The position numbers and the translations under genes were made by a program. 64,000 nt of DNA from an uncultured Candidatus Nanopelagicus sp. GTDB taxonomy: Bacteria > Actinomycetota > Actinomycetes > Nanopelagicales > Nanopelagicaceae. The notes beneath the pieces are model-generated. The model ran no database searches and was not told the DNA's origin. It worked only from the letters and a program-made list of their open reading frames with translations. The stretch covers positions 10,924 to 74,923 of the forward strand of contig CAZDKV010000002.1 in the NCBI GenBank assembly GCA_964506125.1. The letters are read 5' to 3'. This document shows, one piece after another, positions 20,347-31,557 of the stretch (positions within the stretch are counted from its first letter, which is position 1; each line of letters begins with the position of its first letter).

Positions 20347-21435
20347 TTATCGAACTTTAGATGGCACAAAGGGAAGTGAGACGACCTTAAAGGTTGAATC
20401 AGTTCCTCGGATATCAATTAATAATTGATCATCTTTTTTAACATCTGAGTTAACTAAAGCCAAGCCAATTCCTTTTTTCAAGGCTGGTGAGTAGGTACCA
20501 CTGGTTACTACTCCAATTACCTCTCCTTGCAGGTTCTTTACCTGCATATCTTTTCTCGGAATTCCTCGCTCAATTGCCTCTATTGCTTTCAATCTCAACT
20601 TACTGCCCTGCTCTTTTTGTTGGGTTAATACTTTTTTGCCTCGAAATTGATCCTTGCTCCATCCGACCGCCCAGCCAGCACCCGCCTCAACTGGTGTGAT
20701 GGAGAGTGAGAGCTCATGGCCATGAAGTGGATATCCCATTTCAGTACGTAGTAAATCTCTGGCACCTAGACCACAAATTGCACCATTAAACTCGCTAATA
20801 ACTGATGCAATTTTGTCCCACACCTGCCCAGCATCTGCCCATCGGGGAATAATCTCAAAGCCAAACTCTCCGGTGTATCCAGTTCGGCAGAGAATCACTG
20901 GCAGGTTATCTACTTTTGTATTAATAAATGACATGTAATCAAGTGTGGCATCAACTCCTAATTGCTTTAATACCTTTGCTGAATCTCTTCCTTGTAGCGC
21001 AAGTACTGCATAATCTTTATGAAGATTCTTTATAGTGATTTCACTTGGGGCATTCTGATTGAGTACTTCAAAAACAGCAGAAGTATTTGAAGCATTCGGT
21101 ATTAAAAACAAATCATCTGCACTATTTAAGTAAACAATTAAGTCATCAACCACCCCGCCATCTTCATTGCAAAGTAGGGTGTACTGGGCTTGCCCTGCAT
21201 CAATTTTCTCTAGATCATTTGTTACCATTTTGTTGAGGTATGCAAGAGCGCCAACTCCGACCACTGAGATTTTTCCTAAGTGGGATACATCAAATAATCC
21301 GACCCGCTCTCTAACAGCGGTGTACTCAGCTATTGCTCCAGTCGCGGGGTACTCAATTGGCATTAACCAGCCACCAAAATCAGCCATCTTTGCTTTTTCC
21401 GCCAGATGTCTATCAGCCAATGGTGATTGATTCAT
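20347..21435 (-). CDS. gcvT: Glycine cleavage aminomethyltransferase T
   Basis: FGGWLMP, LFDVSHLG, RTGYTGE, GLGARDLLRTE. Confidence 0.96.
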   Translation of the reverse strand: MNQSPLADRHLAEKAKMADFGGWLMPIEYPATGAIAEYTAVRERVGLFDVSHLGKISVVGVGALAYLNKMVTNDLEKIDAGQAQYTLLCNEDGGVVDDLIVYLNSADDLFLIPNASNTSAVFEVLNQNAPSEITIKNLHKDYAVLALQGRDSAKVLKQLGVDATLDYMSFINTKVDNLPVILCRTGYTGEFGFEIIPRWADAGQVWDKIASVISEFNGAICGLGARDLLRTEMGYPLHGHELSLSITPVEAGAGWAVGWSKDQFRGKKVLTQQKEQGSKLRLKAIEAIERGIPRKDMQVKNLQGEVIGVVTSGTYSPALKKGIGLALVNSDVKKDDQLLIDIRGTDSTFKVVSLPFVPSKVR

Positions 21436-21569
21436 AAGCCAAACCTACACGCCCTAAACCGCTATTTTCACTCCGCTACTTGGGATAATTATCATCTTTT
21501 ATCGGAATCCTTTAGGCTTGCGCCATCGATTTCTAGCTTATCTATTCACACGATTGAAACAGGAGTGCG

Positions 21570-23054
21570 ATGGCCAAGATTAAGTTAACCGCCAAAGTTG
21601 ATAGTGAGATTTTAGTTGTTGGCTTAGGGGTCGCAAATAAGAAATTACAAATTGAATCTGGTGCTGCTCAACTAGATTCCGCCGCTCTTCTTTCGACATT
21701 AAATGCCATGGGAGCAACTGCTAAAGCTGATGAGGTGATAAAACTTCCAGGTAAAACATCTAAGTTAGTTGTGGTTACCGGTTTGGGTGAGATCAAGTCA
21801 TCATATGAGCCTGAGGTTTTAAGACGAGCTGCTGGTGCTGCCGCCAGACATTTAAATGGTAATAAAACTGCCACATTTTCTTTACCGCATAAATCTGTTG
21901 TGGAGCTTGCAGCCATCGCTGAAGGTGCAGCACTTGGCTCTTACACATTTGTTGAATTTTTAGGTAGTAGCAAAGGAGAGCAAAAAGCGCCGTTGGAAAT
22001 GATAACTTTGATCTCAAAGTTTTCAGATACTGCTCAGGCAAAAACAGCTATCAAACGAGCTGAAATTATTGCGGAACAGACTTATCTGGTGCGAGATCTA
22101 ATCAATACGCCACCAAGCCATTTAACCCCTGACTCATTTTCACAAAAGATGAAAAAACTTGCCACAAAGTACGGAGTGAAGGCAGAGATAATTAATGATG
22201 CCACTCTTAAAAAATCTGGTTATGGCGGAATAATTGGTGTCGGACAAGGCTCTGCCAATCCGCCGCGACTTTTCCACGTCTCCTACTCACCAGCTAAGGC
22301 AAAGAAAAGATATGCATTTGTTGGCAAAGGCATCACCTTTGACACCGGTGGTCTGGCTTTAAAGCCGGCAGCTGGTATGGAGGCGATGAAGTCCGATATG
22401 TCAGGAGCTGCCGCAGTAATTGCAGCAGTTTTTGCGATTGCCCAATTAAAACTGCCAATTGCAGTTGATGGCTGGGCACCCCTTGCTGAAAATATGGTCA
22501 GTGATACTGCTACCAGGCCAAGTGATGTGATAACAATTTACGGCGGGAAAACTGTTGAGGTTTTAAATCCAGATGCTGAAGGACGATTGGTTCTAGCTGA
22601 TGCATTAATTAAAGCGGCCGAGGTTGGCAAGAAGGCTGGTGGTTTAGATGGAATTGTTGATGTTGCAACACTAACTGGTGCTCAGGTTGTGGCACTTGGA
22701 ACTAGAACCTCTGCAGTAATGACAAATAATGAAGAATTTAGTAATCAATTCCTAAAAGCTGCGCAATTAGCTGGTGAGGCTTTTTGGCCCATGCCTTTAC
22801 CAGTTGAGTTACGAGCCTCTCTTGATTCACCAGTTGCAGATATCGCAAATATTGGCGATCGAATGGGTGGAATGTTAGTAGCCGGATTATTTTTGAAGGA
22901 GTTTATTGATCCACAAACACCATGGCTACATTTAGATATTGCAGGACCTGCTTACAATGAAAAACATCCACATGGCTACACCACAGTTGGTGGCACTGGA
23001 ATCTCGCTACGCTCATTGGTGCAGTTAGCTGAGTTGGCTTCATCACAGGCATAG
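21570..23054 (+). CDS. pepA: Leucyl aminopeptidase (M17)
   Basis: VGKGITFDTGG, MKSDMSG, NPDAEGRL. Confidence 0.96.
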   Translation: MAKIKLTAKVDSEILVVGLGVANKKLQIESGAAQLDSAALLSTLNAMGATAKADEVIKLPGKTSKLVVVTGLGEIKSSYEPEVLRRAAGAAARHLNGNKTATFSLPHKSVVELAAIAEGAALGSYTFVEFLGSSKGEQKAPLEMITLISKFSDTAQAKTAIKRAEIIAEQTYLVRDLINTPPSHLTPDSFSQKMKKLATKYGVKAEIINDATLKKSGYGGIIGVGQGSANPPRLFHVSYSPAKAKKRYAFVGKGITFDTGGLALKPAAGMEAMKSDMSGAAAVIAAVFAIAQLKLPIAVDGWAPLAENMVSDTATRPSDVITIYGGKTVEVLNPDAEGRLVLADALIKAAEVGKKAGGLDGIVDVATLTGAQVVALGTRTSAVMTNNEEFSNQFLKAAQLAGEAFWPMPLPVELRASLDSPVADIANIGDRMGGMLVAGLFLKEFIDPQTPWLHLDIAGPAYNEKHPHGYTTVGGTGISLRSLVQLAELASSQA

Positions 23055-23108
23055 TGGCGCTTTTACTTCAGGTTTATTGGGTAGAAGAATTCGTGGCAGG
23101 ATTACCTC

Positions 23109-24476
23109 ATGGCCGATTTTGATCTAGTGATTCTTGGTGGCGGCAGCGGCGGCTACGCAGCAGCACTTCGCGCATCACAATTAGGCCAAAAGGTAGTTTT
23201 AATCGAGAAAGAAAAATTAGGCGGTACCTGTCTTCATAAAGGATGCATACCAACCAAAGCCTTATTACATGCTGGCGAGATTGCAGACAGCACTCGCCAT
23301 GCTGGTGATTTTGGAGTAAAAGCTGATTTTCACGCGATGGATATGGCAGCGGTCAATACTTATAAAGATGGGGTCATTGCCAAACTCCATAAAGGCTTAG
23401 AGGGCTTAGTTAAATCTAGAAATGTTACTTATGTGCAAGGTGTTGGCAAATTAGTTTCCAGTAACACAGTTGAGGTTAATGGCACCAAATACACCGGTAA
23501 AAATGTAATTTTGGCAACTGGTTCATATCCAAAAACTTTGCCAGGGCTTGAGATTGATGGCAAGCAGATTATTACTAGTGAACAAGCAATTAAGTTGGAT
23601 TATGTTCCAAAATCTGTAATTGTCTTAGGTGGCGGTGTTATTGGCTGTGAGTTTGCCTCGGTTTGGAAATCATTTGGCGCAGAGGTAACTATCATCGAAG
23701 GACTATCTCACCTAGTTGCACTAGAGGATGAGTCATCAAGCAAGCAATTAGAGCGAGCTTTCCGCAAGCGAGGAATCAATTTTGAGTTGGGCGTAAAGTT
23801 TAAATCTGCCGAACGTGGCAAGAAAGATGTAAAGGTCACCTTGGAGGATGGCAAAGAGTTCTCCGCAGAGATTTTGTTAGTCGCAGTTGGTCGCGGTCCA
23901 GTTTCAACTGGTTTGGGTTATGAAGAGGCTGGAATCAAGATGGATCGTGGCTATGTTTTAGTAGATAACAAATGCCGCACCAATGTAGCTGGTGTTTGGG
24001 CAGTTGGTGATCTAATTCCAACACTGCAATTAGCACATGTCGGATTTGCTGAGGGAATTATGGTGGCGGAGGAGATTGCAGGTTTAAATCCAAGAGCAAT
24101 TAATTATGATGGCGTGCCACGTGTTACTTACTCAGAGCCTGAGGTTGCATCAGTTGGATTAACTACTGCAGCAGCTAAAGCAGCTGGCCATGATGTTGTG
24201 GAGTTAAATTATGATTTGGCTGGAAATGGTAAGGCAAATATTTTAAAGACCGCGGGTTCAGTTAAGTTAGTTGCCAAAAAGAATGGGCCAATACTTGGCA
24301 TACATATGGTTGGATCTCGAGTTGGCGAGTTATTAGCTGAGGCTCAACTGATCTATAACTGGGAGGCTGATGCAGCAGATGTTGCCCAACATATTCATGC
24401 CCATCCAACCTTGTCTGAGGCTATGGGTGAGGCACACTTAGCCCTGGCCGGTAAGCCACTGCATGCACACGGTTAG
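23109..24476 (+). CDS. lpdA: Dihydrolipoyl dehydrogenase
   Basis: GGTCLHKGCIPTK redox disulfide; HPTLSE. Confidence 0.97.
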   Translation: MADFDLVILGGGSGGYAAALRASQLGQKVVLIEKEKLGGTCLHKGCIPTKALLHAGEIADSTRHAGDFGVKADFHAMDMAAVNTYKDGVIAKLHKGLEGLVKSRNVTYVQGVGKLVSSNTVEVNGTKYTGKNVILATGSYPKTLPGLEIDGKQIITSEQAIKLDYVPKSVIVLGGGVIGCEFASVWKSFGAEVTIIEGLSHLVALEDESSSKQLERAFRKRGINFELGVKFKSAERGKKDVKVTLEDGKEFSAEILLVAVGRGPVSTGLGYEEAGIKMDRGYVLVDNKCRTNVAGVWAVGDLIPTLQLAHVGFAEGIMVAEEIAGLNPRAINYDGVPRVTYSEPEVASVGLTTAAAKAAGHDVVELNYDLAGNGKANILKTAGSVKLVAKKNGPILGIHMVGSRVGELLAEAQLIYNWEADAADVAQHIHAHPTLSEAMGEAHLALAGKPLHAHG

Positions 24477-24510
24477 AGTTAAAATGGTTGATAGAGAGGT
24501 TGAAATCTAA

Positions 24511-26205
24511 ATGACTTTTTCAGTAACCATGCCAGCACTTGGCGAATCTGTGACTGAGGGAACCGTAACTCGTTGGTTAAAAAAAGAGGGTGACCAGATT
24601 GCAGTTGATGAGCCATTACTAGAGGTTTCAACCGACAAAGTAGATACTGAGATTCCATCCCCGGTAGCGGGAGTATTACAAAAAATTGTTGTGCAAGTAG
24701 ATTCCACAGTTGCAGTCGGAGCAGAGTTAGCGATTATCGCTGAATCCAATGGTGCAACAAAAGCTGCTGCGCCAGCACCAACAGCTGCACCAGTTTCAAC
24801 TCCAACACCTGCACCAACTCCACCTGCAACCCCAACACCTACTCCAGTGGTTGCCGCTGCGCCGGTAGCAAGTAGTGGGGCAACAATTGTTTCAATGCCA
24901 GCACTTGGTGAGTCTGTGACTGAGGGAACTGTAACTAGATGGCTGAAAAAGGTTGGTGATGCAGTTGCAGCAGATGAGGCACTGCTTGAGGTATCAACTG
25001 ACAAAGTAGATACTGAGATTCCATCCCCGGTATCTGGAACAGTGTTAAGTATTGATGTGCCGGTAGATTCAACAGTTGCAGTTGGTGCGCGCTTAGCATC
25101 AATTGGTGTTTCAGGTTCGGCTTCACCTGTTGTAAAACCAGTAGCTGCCGCACCCGTGGCGGCCGCGCCAACCCCACCGCCAGCTCCCCCAGTTGTTACA
25201 CCTCCAGTAGTTTCTGCACCAGTAATTTCTACCCCAGTTGTTTCTGTACCGGCAGTTAGCACACCGGTTGCAACTGCAAGAGCTGATGATGCTTATGTAA
25301 CACCGATTGTCAGAAAATTAGCTGCTGAGGCAGGAGTAAATCTGGCAACAATTAAAGGCACTGGTGTTGGTGGAAGAATTCGCAAAGAGGACATTTTGGC
25401 AGCCACACCGCGGGCGGCTGCAACTCCTACGGCAACAGTTATGGCCTCAACTGCAGTAGCGCCACGTGGACCAATTGCAGTTTCACCACTTCGTGGCACA
25501 ACTGTGACCATGTCCAGATTGCGTAAGGTAATTGCAGATCGGATGGTTGAATCCTTAAAGATCTCAGCACAGTTAACTACTGTTGTAGAGGTTGATGTCA
25601 CAAAGATTGATCGCCTTCGTAATGCGGCAAAAGCATCTTTTGAATCTCGAGAAGGTGTGAAATTAACCTTCCTGCCATTTTTTGCAGTTGCAGTATGTGA
25701 GGCGTTAAAGCAACATCCCGTTTTAAACTCCTCAGTTGAGGGTGATCAAATTACCTATCATGGCGCTGAGCATCTAGGTGTGGCAGTTGATACGGATCGC
25801 GGTTTACTAGTTCCGGTAGTTAAAGATGCTGGCGATCTAAACATGGGTGGAATTGCTCGAAAGATCTCAGATGTAGCTGCACGAACCCGTGAAAACAAAA
25901 TTACGCCTGATGAGTTAGGTGGCGGAACTTTCACAATTACAAACACAGGATCACGTGGAGCTTTGTTTGACACACCAATTATTAATCAACCACAAGTTGC
26001 AATTTTAGGTCTTGGCGCTGTGGTTAAGCGGCCAATGGTCGTTAAAGGCGCAGATGGTGGCGAGACAATTGCAATTAGATCTATGGTTTATCTGGCACTC
26101 TCCTACGACCATCGTGTTGTTGATGGTGCTGATGCTGCAAGATTTTTAGTGACCTTAAAGGAAAGATTAGAAGAGGGTCGATTCGAATCTGATTTAGGTT
26201 TATAA
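24511..26205 (+). CDS. sucB: 2-oxoacid dehydrogenase E2 with two lipoyl domains
   Basis: Two STDKVDTE lipoyl motifs, E3-binding domain, DHRVVDG. Confidence 0.95.
   Translation: MTFSVTMPALGESVTEGTVTRWLKKEGDQIAVDEPLLEVSTDKVDTEIPSPVAGVLQKIVVQVDSTVAVGAELAIIAESNGATKAAAPAPTAAPVSTPTPAPTPPATPTPTPVVAAAPVASSGATIVSMPALGESVTEGTVTRWLKKVGDAVAADEALLEVSTDKVDTEIPSPVSGTVLSIDVPVDSTVAVGARLASIGVSGSASPVVKPVAAAPVAAAPTPPPAPPVVTPPVVSAPVISTPVVSVPAVSTPVATARADDAYVTPIVRKLAAEAGVNLATIKGTGVGGRIRKEDILAATPRAAATPTATVMASTAVAPRGPIAVSPLRGTTVTMSRLRKVIADRMVESLKISAQLTTVVEVDVTKIDRLRNAAKASFESREGVKLTFLPFFAVAVCEALKQHPVLNSSVEGDQITYHGAEHLGVAVDTDRGLLVPVVKDAGDLNMGGIARKISDVAARTRENKITPDELGGGTFTITNTGSRGALFDTPIINQPQVAILGLGAVVKRPMVVKGADGGETIAIRSMVYLALSYDHRVVDGADAARFLVTLKERLEEGRFESDLGL
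24529..25089 (+). repeat. Intragenic duplication of the lipoyl domain (about 24529-24723 and 24895-25089)
   Basis: Copies offset by 366 nt; 33-nt identical block at 24634-24666 and 25000-25032. Confidence 0.9.
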
Positions 26206-26206
26206 C

Positions 26207-27094
26207 TTGGTAAAGCAAAAGAAGATTGCAGTAACTGGTGCCTCTGGCTTAATTGGTAGTGCACTGTGTGCACAACTAAAAAGTGATGGTCACCAGGTTA
26301 TAAAGGTTGTTAGACGAGCTGCCCGTGTAGCTGATGAAGTAAGTTGGAACCCCCTTAAAGGTGAGATTGATTTAGCAGGGCTTGAGGGCGCAGATGCTGT
26401 ATTTCATCTTGCAGGCGCTGGTGTTGGTGATAAACGTTGGTCTGCTGCCTATCGATCTGAAATTTTAAACTCACGGCTGCTGGGCACAACCACAATTGCA
26501 AATGCATGTGAACAAATTCAGCCAGAGGTCTTTATCTCAGCTAGTGCCATCGGTTATTACGGTGAAACTGGTGATAGATCAGTAACAGAAACAGATCGTG
26601 GTGGTGATGACTTCTTATCCATTGTTTGCCGTGAATGGGAGTTGGTGGCAAACCAAGCACCTAGTGTTCGAACAGTTAAATTAAGAACTGGTTTAGTTTT
26701 AGATCCCACCGGAGGCGCGTTAGGCAGAATGTTGCCGATCTTTAAATTTGGCTTAGGTGGAAAACTCGGCTCTGGAAAACAATGGTGGTCATGGATAACT
26801 TTGCATGATCAGATTAGAGCGATGATTTTCTTAATGAACTCCAAAATCGAGGGTCCAGTTAATATCACCTCGCCAAATCCAGTAACCAACCAACAGTTCA
26901 CTGCAGCTTTAGCGCGGGCACTGAAGCGACCAGCATTTTTTCCAGCCCCAGCCTTTGCACTTCGTGCTGTTCTGGGTGGGTTTTCAACTGAAATTTTGGG
27001 ATCAAAAAAAGTTATGCCAAAAGTTTTATTAGATAATAATTTTGAATTTGATTATCCTCACCTACTTGCTGCACTTACTGAATTAGTTGATTAA
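26207..27094 (+). CDS. TIGR01777 family epimerase/oxidoreductase
   Basis: TGASGLIG, SAIGYYG, GSGKQWWSWI. Confidence 0.92.
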   Translation: MVKQKKIAVTGASGLIGSALCAQLKSDGHQVIKVVRRAARVADEVSWNPLKGEIDLAGLEGADAVFHLAGAGVGDKRWSAAYRSEILNSRLLGTTTIANACEQIQPEVFISASAIGYYGETGDRSVTETDRGGDDFLSIVCREWELVANQAPSVRTVKLRTGLVLDPTGGALGRMLPIFKFGLGGKLGSGKQWWSWITLHDQIRAMIFLMNSKIEGPVNITSPNPVTNQQFTAALARALKRPAFFPAPAFALRAVLGGFSTEILGSKKVMPKVLLDNNFEFDYPHLLAALTELVD

Positions 27095-28220
27095 TCGCAT
27101 TACCTGCTAGATAACCACTTTGCATAGCACCTTGCTGGGATGGCACAGCCATATGATCTCCGGCAAGAAATATTGAATCTGAAAACTTAGCTGCTTTGGT
27201 TTTACTTACTCCGGGAAGGTGAGCTGGCAGAGATTGCTTAATCTCATACCTTGCCACGTACTCCCAAGAGTGAGTACTTGTCCGCCAAATCTCTGCTAGC
27301 TCTTTACGAAAAACACTTTCTGTAATGGCGGTTAGGCAGGTAGCACTCACCAAATGTTGGCCAAAAGGGGCGTACTTACTAGATACCTGGCTGATCACAA
27401 TTGAGTTAACCAACTTTGATTTACTAGATACCACCAGGTTTTTTGAATCAGTGGGCAGTTGATCTGTTGCAAAGTAAGCAGTGGTGCTAGATAGCATCTT
27501 AGGTAGGTGCACCCCAGTAAGTAGTTGAGCTGCGGTGGTCGGATCGGTTGCCACAATTACATATCTAGCTCGATAACTACCTTGATTGGTTGTTACTTGA
27601 CCATCAGATACAGATTGCACGCTCTCATTTAACTTAAGGTTTTGTATCGGCTTTGCTAGGGCCTTAGAAAACTCTCCCACTCCAGCTGCTGGAACTCCGG
27701 GTAAAGATTTTACAAAGCTACGCAAAATCTCCTGTGCTACATCGGCGGCAATCTCCTTTGGATCTGTCAAAAAGACACCTGACAGAAATGGCTTAAGTAC
27801 TCGTTGATAAAGTTCTGGAAAATCACTTGTGTAGTGACCAAAACTTCTCTCATTTTTAACTTTTGGGTTAGCCACAAATTTAATGAATTTTAACTTTTGA
27901 TTTAGAGATCCTAGTTTTGGTGAGAATGTTGAAAGGCTGTAACCGACTTTTAGTTGTTGATCTGCCAATCTAATTTTTCCAGAGATATACTTAAAATCTA
28001 AATCATTTAATACCTTGCTTTTTGCCACTTGTGGATACCTAGGATTGATAACCTGAAATCCTCGATCACAGATAAACCCACCAATTACATCACTTCTTAC
28101 CCGGCCCCCGACCTGATCACTTGACTCAAGAAGTAAAACTGAGTTGCCGGCCTGCTGCACGGTGCGTGCTGCAGTTATACCAGCCAAGCCGGCACCAACA
28201 ACTATGCAATCAAAACTCAT
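27075..28220 (-). CDS. FAD-dependent oxidoreductase (amine oxidase / HemY-like)
   Basis: GAGLAG, VGGRVRSD, DRGFQV, SQQGAMQSG. Confidence 0.85.
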   Translation of the reverse strand: MSFDCIVVGAGLAGITAARTVQQAGNSVLLLESSDQVGGRVRSDVIGGFICDRGFQVINPRYPQVAKSKVLNDLDFKYISGKIRLADQQLKVGYSLSTFSPKLGSLNQKLKFIKFVANPKVKNERSFGHYTSDFPELYQRVLKPFLSGVFLTDPKEIAADVAQEILRSFVKSLPGVPAAGVGEFSKALAKPIQNLKLNESVQSVSDGQVTTNQGSYRARYVIVATDPTTAAQLLTGVHLPKMLSSTTAYFATDQLPTDSKNLVVSSKSKLVNSIVISQVSSKYAPFGQHLVSATCLTAITESVFRKELAEIWRTSTHSWEYVARYEIKQSLPAHLPGVSKTKAAKFSDSIFLAGDHMAVPSQQGAMQSGYLAGNAINQLIQ

Positions 28221-28222
28221 TC

Positions 28223-29233
28223 TTATCTAAAGCTAATCTCACGTGCTTGATCAATGATCTTTGCAACCGCTATCGCTTCATCAGTGGTAACTGGCCAAGT
28301 TGATCCAGCTAATGCAGCTTTAACTAGTGAATAAAACTCAGTGTAATTTCCATCCACACTTGGATAAGCAATCACTTCAGAGCCTTTATGGATAAAAGCT
28401 TTTGACTTAGTGCTCTGCTGCCACTTGCCATCTACCGGCTGACCTCCTGCTTTAAGCAGACTCTCTTGAGGATCTAACTCCTGAATAATTAGTGTTGCTT
28501 GATCTCCAACCAACCTAATTCTTGGACCCGCTGCCCCCATAACTGCACTTGCTGATAAGTATGAATCAACCCCGTTTTGGTGTTTGAGCACCAAGACAAT
28601 GTCATCATCTGATGCACCTCGAATTGATCTAACTGAGGATGAGATCAACTGGGCTGGGCCAAACCAATCAAGAGCGGTTGAAAGTAGGTGTGGCTGTAAA
28701 TCCAGGAGATTTCCCCCGCCATCAGCTGCGCTTTGATTTTCACGCCAAGAGTCCCCCTTTAATTTTGGTTTGAAAACTTCAAACCTTGACTCTAGTCGAA
28801 AGATTTTTCCTAGGGTCCCCTCTGCCAAAACTTTCTTGATAGTTAAAGAATCTGAGTCCCACTTCCGATTGAAATATGTAGTTACCGGTACGCCAGTTTG
28901 TTTTGACACATCAATAATCTCTTGTGTCTCTTTCAAAGTCCTTCCCATTGGTTTATCAACTACCACCGGCACTCCAGCTTTTAAACTAGAGATGGCTTGA
29001 GAGGCGTGAGCATCATTTGTAGAGGCAACAACCAGTAGATCTATTTTGGTAGCTAACAGGTCATCAATACTTTCAACAATTTTTGCTTGCGGAAAATCTG
29101 ATTTAGCATTTAAGACGCGAGCAGGGTTGGTGGTAAGTATTGCTGCTACTTCAAAACCTGCACCACGTAGAAGTGGTGCATGAAAGTAACGCCCCGCTAA
29201 ACCGTATCCTGCGATACCAACGCGAGGCGCCAT
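28223..29233 (-). CDS. Gfo/Idh/MocA oxidoreductase
   Basis: GYGLAGRYFH, VVDKP, GGNLLDLQPH. Confidence 0.9.
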   Translation of the reverse strand: MAPRVGIAGYGLAGRYFHAPLLRGAGFEVAAILTTNPARVLNAKSDFPQAKIVESIDDLLATKIDLLVVASTNDAHASQAISSLKAGVPVVVDKPMGRTLKETQEIIDVSKQTGVPVTTYFNRKWDSDSLTIKKVLAEGTLGKIFRLESRFEVFKPKLKGDSWRENQSAADGGGNLLDLQPHLLSTALDWFGPAQLISSSVRSIRGASDDDIVLVLKHQNGVDSYLSASAVMGAAGPRIRLVGDQATLIIQELDPQESLLKAGGQPVDGKWQQSTKSKAFIHKGSEVIAYPSVDGNYTEFYSLVKAALAGSTWPVTTDEAIAVAKIIDQAREISFR

Positions 29234-29242
29234 AAATAAATC

Positions 29243-31426
29243 TTACTTCTTACCCTCATATTGCAACTTTGAGGGCCACCATATTTTAGGTCCCATTACA
29301 TGAACCAGCGCTGGTACCAACAAAGATCGAACAACTATTGTGTCTAGTAGAACTCCAAAAGCTACAGCAAAGCCAAGTTGGGCCAGAAATACCAGTGGCA
29401 AGACACCTAGTACTGCAAAGGTCGCCGCCAAAACAATTCCAGCTGATGTGATTACCCCGCCAGTAACTGTTAAACCTTTAATAACACCCTTTCGAGTACC
29501 AATCTTCATAGCCTCTTCTCTAACTCTGGTCATTAGGAAGATGTTGTAATCAATACCTAATGCAACCAAGAAGATAAATGCAAATAGTGGGAATGATGCA
29601 TCTGCGCCAGCAAAACCGAAGACATGCTCAAACACCAGTTGGCAGACACCAAGGGTGGCCATAAATGACAGCACAACTGTCAACAAAAGAATTCCTGCAG
29701 CCAAAATGCTTCGCAGCAACAACCCTAGAATTATTCCAATAATTATCAGAACAATTGGAATGATCAGTCGATTATCCTGACGTGATGCCACATCGGTGTC
29801 ATATTGAACCGCAGTTCCACCGCCCACCAAAATTTCTCTATCAACTTTTTGCACAGCACTTCGAATCAATGGAATTGTATTTCTGGCTTCGACTGAGTCC
29901 GGTGCAACCTTTAAAGTAGCATTTAACAACACCTTGCCATCAACTACTTTGATTGGTGGAGTAGGTTGGCCTGGAATCTTTTGCCCAGCCACAATTGGCT
30001 CAACAAATGCCACGTTAGCAACACTCATAAGAGCAGCAGTTGTAGCTGCAACATCTTTTTCCTTCACAACTATCTCTACAGGAGATCCCTCACCACTTGG
30101 GAAATGTTCACCTAATTTTTCAAGTCCAATTACAGAATCTGTCTTAGTTGTGAAAGCCTCAGTATTAGCTAATCCATCTGCCTTAAGAGTGAAAGAAAAC
30201 CCGGCGAAAATGGTTAGGATCAAGGCAGTTGAAATCCAAATTCGCTTTGGATTCTTTTCAACAACTGAGCCTATTTTTGCCCAAGTGCCACTTAATTGTT
30301 CATCTACATCATCAAAGCGTGGAATCTTTGGCCAAAAAATCCAGCGACCAAAAACGACCAGTAATGCTGGTAAAAATGTAAGTACGGTGATCATCGCTGA
30401 TGCGATTCCAATTGCACCTACTGGGCCTAAGCCTCGGTTACCAGATAATTGACTTAAAAGTAAGACTAACAATCCAGCTATAACTGTCGATCCTGAGGCA
30501 AGAATTGGTTCAACTACACCACGCAATGCAATCTTCATTGCCTCATATCTAGATTCATGATGATGCAACTCTTCTCGATATCTAGCAATTAGAAGCAGGG
30601 CGTAATCGGTTGCAGCTCCCAATACCAATACCGAGAGAATTCCCTGCGACTGGCCATTTAAGTCAATAGTTCCTGCCTTAGCCAGGTAATAAACCACAGT
30701 TCCACCTAATGACAATGCTGTTACTGCCGTGAACAAAGGAAGAATCCAGAGTAATGGGGATCGGTAAACAACGATCAAAATAATCGATACCACAATCAAA
30801 GTTGTTAATAGCAGTGTTGTATCAATTGATCCAAAAGCGCCAAATAGATCTGCAAAAATTCCACCAAATCCAGTTACGTGGGTGGTGAGATTTTTGGCTT
30901 CAAAATTTTCTTTTAAATCCTCGCGGATAAACTCAATAAGAATTGGTAGCGTTGGTCTTTCTTCGATACTTTCTTGCCCAATATCAGAATTAAGCGCAAT
31001 ATTGGCAAGAGCTGCTTTACCATCTTGTGATGGAATAGCTTGAATTGGAAATCCAGGAACAATATAGGAGCTGATTGGTTTGCCTGATTCTGGCAGTATC
31101 TTTTCACCCAATTTATTTAAGTAGTTTTGGATTTCAACTAACTTGGCGGGGTTTTTCTTTGGATCAACATCACCTAAAAAAACCAACAAGGTTGGGATCT
31201 GATCATTTGAGCTATCACTGAACTTAACAATCACCTTGCTAGCTAAAGTAGATTCGGCGTTATCTGGCAAAAAGGCAGCATTATCATTTTCTTGAACAGT
31301 GGAGAGTTTTCCAAAAGTCGGTCCGGCCACTGATGAGATACCCAACCAGGCAATAATTGCAACAATCGCAATCCAAAGTGGTTTTCTGCCTTTAATCGAA
31401 GCTTCTCTTTTTGTCTTTAATGCCAT
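29243..31426 (-). CDS. MMPL family RND transporter
   Basis: GAATDYALLL and ALGIDYNIFL; two-repeat multi-TM layout. Confidence 0.92.
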   Translation of the reverse strand: MALKTKREASIKGRKPLWIAIVAIIAWLGISSVAGPTFGKLSTVQENDNAAFLPDNAESTLASKVIVKFSDSSNDQIPTLLVFLGDVDPKKNPAKLVEIQNYLNKLGEKILPESGKPISSYIVPGFPIQAIPSQDGKAALANIALNSDIGQESIEERPTLPILIEFIREDLKENFEAKNLTTHVTGFGGIFADLFGAFGSIDTTLLLTTLIVVSIILIVVYRSPLLWILPLFTAVTALSLGGTVVYYLAKAGTIDLNGQSQGILSVLVLGAATDYALLLIARYREELHHHESRYEAMKIALRGVVEPILASGSTVIAGLLVLLLSQLSGNRGLGPVGAIGIASAMITVLTFLPALLVVFGRWIFWPKIPRFDDVDEQLSGTWAKIGSVVEKNPKRIWISTALILTIFAGFSFTLKADGLANTEAFTTKTDSVIGLEKLGEHFPSGEGSPVEIVVKEKDVAATTAALMSVANVAFVEPIVAGQKIPGQPTPPIKVVDGKVLLNATLKVAPDSVEARNTIPLIRSAVQKVDREILVGGGTAVQYDTDVASRQDNRLIIPIVLIIIGIILGLLLRSILAAGILLLTVVLSFMATLGVCQLVFEHVFGFAGADASFPLFAFIFLVALGIDYNIFLMTRVREEAMKIGTRKGVIKGLTVTGGVITSAGIVLAATFAVLGVLPLVFLAQLGFAVAFGVLLDTIVVRSLLVPALVHVMGPKIWWPSKLQYEGKK

Positions 31427-31557
31427 AGGGATTTAAGCCTTTCCAGATAATGCGTGGTAGGGGTGAAATCTATCAGCGATGCCATTTTGATCACACCAAA
31501 TGGGCGTTAGTAAGCCAATCTTTCGCCAAAATTATCCTAGCCAATTAGGCTTACCAT

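Noticed and set aside
21436-21569. Possible glycine riboswitch upstream of gcvT
   Set aside because: No glycine aptamer motifs; gcvT looks leaderless (TAGGTT, 6 nt, ATG).
24507-25262. 251-aa minus-strand ORF rich in T/G/A/V
   Set aside because: Antisense shadow of the Pro/Ala-rich linkers and lipoyl domains of sucB; no independent motifs.
29934-30452. 172-aa plus-strand ORF (and the similar 53645-54154 ORF)
   Set aside because: Entirely antisense to well-supported membrane-protein genes; typical shadow ORFs.
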